Assembly (NCBI GenBank): GCA_016839745.1
Contig: JAEOTS010000026.1
Location: 1 to 48,773, forward strand
Direction of reading: 5' to 3'
DNA: 48,773 nt
From: Promethearchaeota archaeon
GTDB taxonomy: Archaea > Asgardarchaeota > Lokiarchaeia > Sigyniarchaeales > SOKP01
Part shown: one piece after another, positions 1 to 8,221 of the stretch
How positions within the stretch are numbered: position 1 is the first letter of the stretch
Layout: each line of letters opens with the position of its first letter
Position numbers and translations under genes: made by a program
The notes under the pieces: model-generated
Seen by the model: only the letters and a program-made list of their open reading frames with translations
Told to the model about the DNA's origin: nothing
Databases searched by the model: none

Positions 1-219
1 GAAGGAATAGCAGCATCAACAGGATCTGCTTGCTCCTCAAAGTCATTAGATCCATCTCATGTATTATTGGCTATAGGTTTAAAACCACAAGAAGCTCATG
101 GTTCCCTAAGAGTGACTGTTGGAAGATTTACCTCCGAAGAGGACATTGATTACTTTTTAGAAAAATTACCTCCTATAGTCGAAAGACTTAGAAAAATGTC
201 ACCTCTCAAAAGAGAGTAA
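1..219 (+). CDS. iscS: Cysteine desulfurase (IscS/NifS group I), C-terminal part, truncated by window edge
   Basis: Frame 1 reads [51 protein letters not shown]...KRE*; STGSAC is the catalytic Cys loop; iscU lies downstream. Not in the ORF track. Confidence 0.95.
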   Translation, partial: EGIAASTGSACSSKSLDPSHVLLAIGLKPQEAHGSLRVTVGRFTSEEDIDYFLEKLPPIVERLRKMSPLKRE

Positions 220-312
220 AGTAGGATTAATGCGATTTTTTTTATAGAAGATTTTTCTAAAGGATATTCAAAAATCGAAATTGTTTTTTTTGTTGTAAAA
301 TTGTTTAATTTA

Positions 313-2688
313 ATGGATAAAGCGGAATATAAATATCTAGAGAAAGCGATAGAACTGGAAAATCGGGAAGAAATAAGCTCTTCTTACAAGATAAAGTCAT
401 ATGAAGATAAATTAAAATTAATGAAGAGTAAGGAGATTCCTCAGAAATCTATAGAAGATGTATTAAATCACTTTTTTTTAGAAAACGATGATATACCAAA
501 AAAAACTAAGGATTCTATATCTAAAGTTGTATACTCTCAAAAAGATAGAATCATCATTATAATTACTAACTTTGGACAAGACATCATTTGGAAAAGAGAT
601 AAATTGATCTACGCTTACGGTTGGTTTTTCTTTGTTTCCAAACCTAAACAAAAGTCTAAAAAACTAAAAAAGGATAAAAAGAGAAAGGAACCTAAGAAAG
701 AAGAAAGAACCTTAAGTAAAGAAAATTTTCAGTTTGGAGATCATACTATTCCATTAAAAGAAAAAGAAAACATGCGTTCATTATATCACACTAAAGAATA
801 TTTTCAATATTTAAAGCTTATAAACTCAAGTAAGATACCTCAACAACCTATTAAAGATGTTTTAAAAGATTTGTTATTTGAAAATGAAGATATTCCCTTG
901 AAAGAAAAGAACTCTATAGGAAAAATCATTTACTACCAAAAAGAACGAGTAATAGTTGTTAAATCATTAATAGGAGACATGATGTATGAACAATTAAAAA
1001 GATTAGTTAAGAAATACGGTTGGTATTTCTATATTACTGGCGTCCCTGTCGGTGAAAGTAATATTTCAGAAGCTATTGATAAAATCGATAAAAAGTTCGA
1101 TTCTAATTTTTTTAAAGAGATATCAGTTTCAAATGATGATAGAAAGGAAAAGATAAGAGTAACAATTTATCCTATTGTTCTTAAACCAAATCATAATTGT
1201 CATATTTTAGGCATAGGAAATCTTAATATTCTATTAGATTGTGGAATTTCTGAGCCAGAAGATACAGGAAAATCAGAAGAAAAAGAATCTACAGCAGATG
1301 TAGAACAAATAGAGAACAGAGAAGTTACTGAAAATAACGAAGATTCTATAAAAGAGAGAGAATATAAAAGACCTGATGATTTTAAGCATATTGAAGAATA
1401 TCTTCAAAATCTCCCTCAGTTAATATTAGAAGCGGAGCAAAATGAATCAACATCTGAAAACGGGCTACAGATACAGACTTTTATACCAAGAATTGACGCT
1501 GTGTTTATCTCGCATAGTCATTTCGATCATGTGTCAGGTCTTAAGAAGTTAATTTCACAAAATCCTGATGTTCCTGTTTTCTGTTCGCGAATTACTTTAG
1601 ATTTATTTCTCTTAAGGGATTCAAACTATTTAAAACAGGAAAATAACGATGAGATTGAAGAAGAAGAATATCGTAATATCGTAAAGAATGTAATTTATGT
1701 GGAAAATGGTGATAAAATAGAATTTAGAGACAAAGAGTGCTTCCTATCCTTTTTTCATGCGGGTCACATGCCGGGGGCATTAATGATATTAGCAAAGGTT
1801 AACGATTTTCGGTTCCTATATACGGGTGATTATACCTACTACGACATTACGCCGTTTGCTGGCACAAAAAGGTTTTTGGAACAAATATCGCGCCCTATTG
1901 ACTATCTTTTAATTGATGGAACTGCTGCGCAAGAAGAATACGGAAATATCTCTGATCAATTTCACAGTTTAATACTCTTCTTGGAACAAAAAGCGGAATA
2001 TGAAGATAACGTTCTAATAGGAGCTGATCCTTCAAGTTTAGCTATAAGTTTTATGCTTATCTTTTGGCGTTATTTTCGAAAACTGCAATTAAGAAAAGGA
2101 TACACAAAACGCCCCAATATTTATGTAGACATGATGGTACGAAAAAACATTCAAGTCATAAATCATCGTTATGAGTACATCTATGGACCTATATCAAGAT
2201 TGATAAAAGGCAAAGCTAATCCGTTTAATAGTATCAAATTTAGATGGTTCGATCGCAGCGATTTGGAATTTTTACGTAAGAAAAACAATATTATAATCAG
2301 CCACCCACCAGATCTATCTTATGGTTTAATTAGAAATATTATTAATGTAGTTGGTCGTAACCCTCACAATTTAGTATTCCTTGCAGGAGCTATTCACGAA
2401 CAACCAGGTATGGATTTAATATCCGGAGGAAATGAGATCGAATTCTCAGAAACGTGGAAAGCTCCATTTAGGGCATTTTTGATAAATACTTTTATGCCTC
2501 AACTTAAAATTAAATTGCACGCTGATAAAATTCAGCTTGCAGAAATGATAAAAGTTCTTGAACCAAAAGAAGTTTGTTTTTTTCATCAATCAGCAAAAAA
2601 ACTTATTGATGTAGTGGAATATGTAAAAGAGATGGGTGTTGAGAAAGTCTCACTTCCGAAAAAGAGAAAACTCTTGATATTAAATTAA
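313..2688 (+). CDS. Metallo-beta-lactamase/beta-CASP family nuclease (CPSF73/aCPSF-like) with duplicated ~80-aa N-terminal domain
   Basis: Motifs LLDCG, SHSHFDH, HAGHMPG, YTGDY, LHAD and FFH; first ATG at 313 (ORF track starts at TTG 301). Confidence 0.8.
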   Translation: MDKAEYKYLEKAIELENREEISSSYKIKSYEDKLKLMKSKEIPQKSIEDVLNHFFLENDDIPKKTKDSISKVVYSQKDRIIIIITNFGQDIIWKRDKLIYAYGWFFFVSKPKQKSKKLKKDKKRKEPKKEERTLSKENFQFGDHTIPLKEKENMRSLYHTKEYFQYLKLINSSKIPQQPIKDVLKDLLFENEDIPLKEKNSIGKIIYYQKERVIVVKSLIGDMMYEQLKRLVKKYGWYFYITGVPVGESNISEAIDKIDKKFDSNFFKEISVSNDDRKEKIRVTIYPIVLKPNHNCHILGIGNLNILLDCGISEPEDTGKSEEKESTADVEQIENREVTENNEDSIKEREYKRPDDFKHIEEYLQNLPQLILEAEQNESTSENGLQIQTFIPRIDAVFISHSHFDHVSGLKKLISQNPDVPVFCSRITLDLFLLRDSNYLKQENNDEIEEEEYRNIVKNVIYVENGDKIEFRDKECFLSFFHAGHMPGALMILAKVNDFRFLYTGDYTYYDITPFAGTKRFLEQISRPIDYLLIDGTAAQEEYGNISDQFHSLILFLEQKAEYEDNVLIGADPSSLAISFMLIFWRYFRKLQLRKGYTKRPNIYVDMMVRKNIQVINHRYEYIYGPISRLIKGKANPFNSIKFRWFDRSDLEFLRKKNNIIISHPPDLSYGLIRNIINVVGRNPHNLVFLAGAIHEQPGMDLISGGNEIEFSETWKAPFRAFLINTFMPQLKIKLHADKIQLAEMIKVLEPKEVCFFHQSAKKLIDVVEYVKEMGVEKVSLPKKRKLLILN

Positions 2689-2802
2689 ATAGTTTTTAAT
2701 TCTAAAAGGTAAACTATTACTAATACTAAGAAAAATGGTAAAAACTATATTTAAAAAATCTTTTTCTTGCATATTAAACACAATTAAGAGCGTTGATGTA
2801 AT

Positions 2803-3183
2803 ATTTATTCTGAAAAAGTAATGGATCACTTTCGAAATCCTCGTAATATGGGAGAGATGAAAGGTGCAGATGCAATTGGAGAAGAAGGAAATCCAATATG
2901 CGGAGATCTCATGTATATTTATATAAAAGTGGAAGAAGAAAATGGTAAGGAAATATTAAGAGATATCTCTTTTCAGACTTTTGGGTGTGCAGCGGCTATC
3001 GCAACTTCTTCTATGATAACAGAATTAGCTAAGGGTAAAACGCTAGATGAGGCTTTGAACATTACTAGAAACGATATTGTTATATCTTTAGATGGTTTAC
3101 CTCCAATTAAGATGCATTGCAGCAATTTAGCCGCTGATGCTTTGCAAGATGCTATTAAAAAATATCGTGAAAAGAAAAAATAA
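2803..3183 (+). CDS. iscU: Fe-S cluster scaffold protein IscU/NifU-N
   Basis: DHFRNPRNMG, GNPICGD, FQTFGCAAAIATSS, LPPIKMHCS. Conserved YSEKV lies in frame upstream of ATG 2821, so start is placed at ATT 2803 (start uncertain). Confidence 0.95.
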   Translation: MYSEKVMDHFRNPRNMGEMKGADAIGEEGNPICGDLMYIYIKVEEENGKEILRDISFQTFGCAAAIATSSMITELAKGKTLDEALNITRNDIVISLDGLPPIKMHCSNLAADALQDAIKKYREKKK

Positions 3184-3305
3184 AACACCTTAATTTTACT
3201 TCCCATGCTTCTTTTTTATAATGATTAGGTTTAATTATTCCAACAAATTTTGTTGATTAATATAACAAGAATCGCCATTAAAAATTAATTAATTGAGATG
3301 ATAAA

Positions 3306-3551
3306 ATGAGTCTTTTACAATGTCCTATTTATTCTGGAGCATTTGGTCCATTTGGTTGGGTTTTTATGCTTATTGGAGGAATAGCTGCTTTGGTTATAGG
3401 TATCTTGATCGCTAATTATATGCATAAAGACGCAATAAAAAGAGGTATAAACGCTGAATTCTGGTTAGTTTTCGGTTTATTTCTAAGTGTTTTTGGACTG
3501 ATCATATATCTAATCGTGAGAAGTAATTATAACCAAGAAAGAAAGGAATAG
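3306..3551 (+). CDS. Small membrane protein, 2-3 TM helices
   Basis: 81 aa; hydrophobic segments with the DA.KRG...W...GLIIYL pattern typical of PLDc_N-like small membrane modules; upstream of copA. Confidence 0.6.
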   Translation: MSLLQCPIYSGAFGPFGWVFMLIGGIAALVIGILIANYMHKDAIKRGINAEFWLVFGLFLSVFGLIIYLIVRSNYNQERKE

Positions 3552-3787
3552 AAGATCAAACTTTTAATACAATACTTTTTTTTTAATTTCCAGATTATTA
3601 AAATTTCACTTTTTATCTTAAATTCAACTATTTGAAGAGAACTAGATAATAAAATTTCTAAAATAGAATTCAAGAGAGAGATTTCATTAAGAACATTAAA
3701 GAAAAGATCAATTATGTTTTCAAATTATAATCAAAATCTATATTTAATTATATCACTAGTAATGAATTAAGAAAGGAGTAATGCAAA

Positions 3788-6682
3788 ATGGAAGAAAAAA
3801 CAGAAGAAAAGATCAAAATAATCCTCAGCGGTATGACTTGTGCCTCCTGTGCTCTAAAGATAGAAACAAAATTGAAGAGTTTAGATGGTGTAAGTAGCTC
3901 AGTCGTAAATTTCGCTAATGAAGAAGCCACCGTTGAATATAATTCAAGCAAAATTAGTTATGACGATTTTAATAAGGCAGTCAAAGATTTAGGATATAAA
4001 GCAAGCTTAGCTAAAATTGACTATAAATTAACAGATTCTATTTCAGAGTCAGAGTTCAATAATCTAGTAGATGATTTTAAAAATATTGAAGGTATTTATG
4101 AAGTAAGAGGGAATTTTAAAGCTAGTAAATTATTTATTGAATTTAATGAGTTAAAACTTGATGAAAGTAAGCTATATTCGATAGTCAAGAAATTAGGGTA
4201 TAAAATTGAAAAAGCTGCAGGAGCTCTTGATAAAGAAATTGAAAGACATAAAAAAGAGATGAGATATCGATTAAAGATCCTGCTCATTTCACTAGCATTT
4301 ATGGTTATTATCACACCAATAAGTTGGTTCGTAGCTGAATCTTACATTAGGAATGTATTTTTATTCTTTTTAGCGTTGATTGATTTTAGTATCGCAGGTT
4401 CCTTCTTTCTTATTGGTGCTTATAAATCGTTAAGAAATAAATCAACTAACATGGATGTTTTAGTTGCTTTGGGAACTACAACGGCTTTAGTATATTCTAT
4501 TTTGACTACATTTTTAATTGATGGCAAGACATTTTATGAAGCAATGAGTATGATACTTGCTTTCCTTTTAATTGGCAAGTATTTTGAGCATAAAACTAAA
4601 GGACAAACTTCAGAAGCGATTAAAAAGCTTATTGGGCTACAACCCAAGACAGCAACTCTTTTAAAAGATGGAATAGAAATCGAAATCCCAATAGAAGAGA
4701 TCGAGGTTGGAGACATTTTAGTTGTTCGACCTGGGGAAAAAATTCCGATTGATGGGAAAGTAGTTAAAGGAAAAACAAAAGTCGATGAATCAATGATTAC
4801 TGGAGAAAGTAAATATGTGAAAAAAGAAATTGAAAGTGAAGTAATTGGTGCCACATTGAATCAAACTGGGTTAATTAATATCACAGCGGAAAAAATAGGG
4901 AAGGATACATTTTTATTTCAAATAATTAACTTTGTAAAGGAAGCCCAAAGTAAAAAAGCGGCGAAACAACTATTAGCAGATAAAGTTAGCAATTATTTTG
5001 TTCCTGCGGTTATTGTTATTGCTACTGGAGCGTTCTTATTTTGGTATTTTATAGCAGGTATAGGATTAGAATTATCTCTATTAGTTTTCACATCAGTTGT
5101 TGTAATCTCATGTCCATGTGCTCTCGGTCTAGCGATCCCTACTGCTGTCATGGTAGGTACTGGTAAAGGTGCTCAAAATGGAATTTTATTAAAAGGTGGG
5201 GATTCTTTAGAAGCAATTAGTAAAATTAATACAATTGTTTTTGATAAAACTGGGACCTTAACTATAGGGAAACCAAGAGTTTCTGCAATTTTTACTGAAA
5301 AAGATTTGAATGGCAACGGTTATGACGAAGAACAGTTATTATTCTATGCTGGAAGTGCTGAAATGGGTTCTGAACACCCTCTTGGACAAGCAATCATTGA
5401 AGAAGCAAACCAAAGAGGTTTAAATCTTGAAATTCCTACTGAATTTGATGCCATACCTGGGAAAGGGATTAAGACTAATATTAAAAATAATACTGTTCTC
5501 ATAGGAAACGAGCAGTTAATGGTAGATTATAACATTCCAATTGATTCTTATAATGTAAAATTTAATGAATTTCAAAGACAAGGAAAAACAACAATTTTAA
5601 TTAGCGTTGAAAATGAGATTAAGGGAATTATTGGAATTTCGGATAAAATGAAAGAACAAGCTCCGTATGCTTTAAAGAAGTTGCGTGAGAAGGGTTTGGA
5701 AATTTTTATGATAACAGGGGATAATAAGCAAACTGCCATAAATATTGGTAAAGAGCTAGGATTTGACGAGCAACATATATTAGCAGAGGTTTTACCGAAC
5801 GAAAAAGCTGAAACTATTAAACAATTACAAAATTCCCCAGAAATTAACATTGTTGGTATGGTTGGGGATGGGATAAATGATGCTCCTGCTCTAGCTCAAG
5901 CCGATGTTGGAATTGCAATCGGGTCTGGAACGGATATTGCGATTGAAACCGCAGATATTGTATTAATGAGAGGAGATCTCCGCAATGTTGTTTCTGCAAT
6001 TAATTTATCTAAAAAAACTTACAAAAAAATGCTCACGAATTTGTTTTGGGCTTTTATCTACAACATTATTGGAATTCCGATTGCTGCGGGAGTTCTTTAT
6101 TATGGAACTGGATTCTTTTTACCTCCCTTTTTAGCTGCTATTTTTATGGCGTCAAGCTCCGTTTCTGTTGTCACTAATGCGCTTTTCTTGAAAAGATATG
6201 AACCAAAAACGCCTCAACAAATAGAAGAAGAAAAACTCTTAATCTCTCAAGAAAAGGTTGTCGATCCTGTGTGCGGTATGAAAATCGATCCGAGACGCGC
6301 ATTAGAATATGAATATCAAGATAAAATTTATCACTTTTGCAGTGCTAACTGCGAAACTCATTTCAAACGAGATCCAGAAAGGTTTAAAAACTACGATAAA
6401 ATGGATCCTAAGTTAATGCAAATGAAGATTAGTGAAGAAGAATTAAAAAATGCTGAAGATCAGGAAATTATTCAAGAAATCAATACAATTAAAGAAGAAA
6501 AAGAGGTAGAAAAAAAAATGGGGAAATTAAAATGTGTTGAATGTGGATTGGAGCAAGATTTACCTATGCATTGTGGACAAGCAATGCATCAAGAAGGAGA
6601 CCAATTAGTTTGCTGGATGGGAGCCTCTTGTGGAGCTCAATCAATCCCAGAACATCACGGTAAAACCATGGAAATTGTTTAG
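3788..6682 (+). CDS. copA: Copper-translocating P1B-type ATPase with N-terminal HMA, C-terminal YHS/TRASH and extra Cys/His-rich tail
   Basis: GMTCASC, TGES, CPCALG, DKTGTLT, SEHPLG, GDGINDAPAL, YN and MASSS Cu(I) signatures; DPVCGM...FCS..C YHS domain. Confidence 0.95.
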   Translation: MEEKTEEKIKIILSGMTCASCALKIETKLKSLDGVSSSVVNFANEEATVEYNSSKISYDDFNKAVKDLGYKASLAKIDYKLTDSISESEFNNLVDDFKNIEGIYEVRGNFKASKLFIEFNELKLDESKLYSIVKKLGYKIEKAAGALDKEIERHKKEMRYRLKILLISLAFMVIITPISWFVAESYIRNVFLFFLALIDFSIAGSFFLIGAYKSLRNKSTNMDVLVALGTTTALVYSILTTFLIDGKTFYEAMSMILAFLLIGKYFEHKTKGQTSEAIKKLIGLQPKTATLLKDGIEIEIPIEEIEVGDILVVRPGEKIPIDGKVVKGKTKVDESMITGESKYVKKEIESEVIGATLNQTGLINITAEKIGKDTFLFQIINFVKEAQSKKAAKQLLADKVSNYFVPAVIVIATGAFLFWYFIAGIGLELSLLVFTSVVVISCPCALGLAIPTAVMVGTGKGAQNGILLKGGDSLEAISKINTIVFDKTGTLTIGKPRVSAIFTEKDLNGNGYDEEQLLFYAGSAEMGSEHPLGQAIIEEANQRGLNLEIPTEFDAIPGKGIKTNIKNNTVLIGNEQLMVDYNIPIDSYNVKFNEFQRQGKTTILISVENEIKGIIGISDKMKEQAPYALKKLREKGLEIFMITGDNKQTAINIGKELGFDEQHILAEVLPNEKAETIKQLQNSPEINIVGMVGDGINDAPALAQADVGIAIGSGTDIAIETADIVLMRGDLRNVVSAINLSKKTYKKMLTNLFWAFIYNIIGIPIAAGVLYYGTGFFLPPFLAAIFMASSSVSVVTNALFLKRYEPKTPQQIEEEKLLISQEKVVDPVCGMKIDPRRALEYEYQDKIYHFCSANCETHFKRDPERFKNYDKMDPKLMQMKISEEELKNAEDQEIIQEINTIKEEKEVEKKMGKLKCVECGLEQDLPMHCGQAMHQEGDQLVCWMGASCGAQSIPEHHGKTMEIV

Positions 6683-6714
6683 TAAGTTAAACTTAAATAA
6701 GGTGATTTTAAGAA

Positions 6715-6897
6715 ATGGAAACCTATAGATGTACTGGTTGTGGAAAAATAATGGAAACTATTCCACAATGTTGTGCCCAAGATATGGTTTATAATGAAGA
6801 TAAAAATCAACTTGAGTGCTATATGGGCGACAACTGTGGATACTTAAGCTTATCTGAACTAAAATGCGAAGAATGTTGCAAAAAACTAAAACAATAA
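6715..6897 (+). CDS. Small Cys-rich metal-binding protein, paralogous to the CopA C-terminal tail
   Basis: 60 aa with 9 Cys; SD-like AAGGTGAT upstream; aligns with the last ~54 aa of CopA. Confidence 0.75.
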   Translation: METYRCTGCGKIMETIPQCCAQDMVYNEDKNQLECYMGDNCGYLSLSELKCEECCKKLKQ

Positions 6898-6928
6898 TTT
6901 TTTTTCTCTTTAATTAATACAAAATTTA

Positions 6929-8212
6929 TCACGTTTTATCAGTAAGACTTCTTGGCTTAAGCCAAATTTCTAACACTAAAAAAATAAATAATCCTATTCC
7001 TGTTATCAAGGCTCCTACAATAAAAGCGGTTTGATATGATAAAACTTCCTCTAGACCACTGTTGAGTAAAATGTCTATTATAGGACCCGATATGATCGTA
7101 CAAGCTAATCCCCAGGAAAGAAAAAATGTCATATTATATACTCCAAATAATTTTGCCCTAACTTTGGAAGGAATCAAGTTAGATGCAATAACATAAGAAG
7201 CTGCATAAATAATAACTTCACCCATACCAATAAAAAAACTTCCAACAAATATCAATATTAAATTATCAGTTAATCCTGTAATAATTAACGCGAAGATAGC
7301 TAAATTCACACCTAATACTAGAGTTCGAGAATGACCAAACTTTTTGCTTAAAGTACCTGCTAAAAAACCAATAGTTAGAACTGCTAACGACCGAGTGTTG
7401 GCAATATAACTCAATAATATGCTATCCACCGAAAATCCAGTCTCTAAAGTCAAAAATTGGCTATAAATCGTCGCGATCGAATTACGTCCAAAATTAATAA
7501 ATGTTAAAGAAATAATGAAAACAATGAAAATAGTTTTAAAATTGAAGTTTTGTGGTGTATTATTGTTAATTACCACTTCTTTTTCTTTTTCAGATTCAAT
7601 CCCTCCCTCTGGGGCGAAAATCATAGGAATAGAAGAAATAAACATAACCAGTGCTGCTACAAAAAATAATGGTCCATCACGAAAACCATAACCGTAGTTG
7701 TAAAGTATTCCTCCTATGGATATACCTATGATCCTTCCAAAACCCCCTACGCTAGTTAATTGCCCCATAACTTTGCTTCTATCTTTAGAAGGATATATAT
7801 CGCTAATGAGAGCACTCCAACTAATGTTGGACATTGACCAAAAAGCTTCAATACATATTAATCCGATAATAATAACGTATCCCGCAAGTAATAAACTAGA
7901 AAAAATTGAGTGAACAAACCAAACTGTAATTGTTCCAATCCCGGCTAAGACTTCACCCAAGATAATCAATGTTCTCCTTCTTTGAAATTTGTCGCTTAAA
8001 GGCCCCCAAACAAAGTTTTGAAAAACCACGCTCATAATCATAGGAAGTGTTGCGTACAGTGTTGTTTCAGTGACGGATAAAAGCAAGAAATCTCTCATGT
8101 AAATAGATAAGTAGGTGTAAAACATACCCCGTCTAAACATCGCAAGAAGTTGGAACGAGGATAAGCCTATAAAAGTGCTCCTCAAGGAGTACTTTGCTTT
8201 TTTAACTGCCAT
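6929..8212 (-). CDS. MFS transporter
   Basis: About 12 TM helices; motif A GPLSDKFQRRR and GTLSKKFGHSR. Confidence 0.9.
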   Translation of the reverse strand: MAVKKAKYSLRSTFIGLSSFQLLAMFRRGMFYTYLSIYMRDFLLLSVTETTLYATLPMIMSVVFQNFVWGPLSDKFQRRRTLIILGEVLAGIGTITVWFVHSIFSSLLLAGYVIIIGLICIEAFWSMSNISWSALISDIYPSKDRSKVMGQLTSVGGFGRIIGISIGGILYNYGYGFRDGPLFFVAALVMFISSIPMIFAPEGGIESEKEKEVVINNNTPQNFNFKTIFIVFIISLTFINFGRNSIATIYSQFLTLETGFSVDSILLSYIANTRSLAVLTIGFLAGTLSKKFGHSRTLVLGVNLAIFALIITGLTDNLILIFVGSFFIGMGEVIIYAASYVIASNLIPSKVRAKLFGVYNMTFFLSWGLACTIISGPIIDILLNSGLEEVLSYQTAFIVGALITGIGLFIFLVLEIWLKPRSLTDKT

Positions 8213-8221
8213 GATTCTAGG

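Noticed and set aside
2794-2799. Selenocysteine readthrough of the in-frame TGA before iscU (and at 37137)
   Set aside because: The TGA lies outside the conserved protein, is part of the SD-like GTTGAT, and no SECIS was evident.
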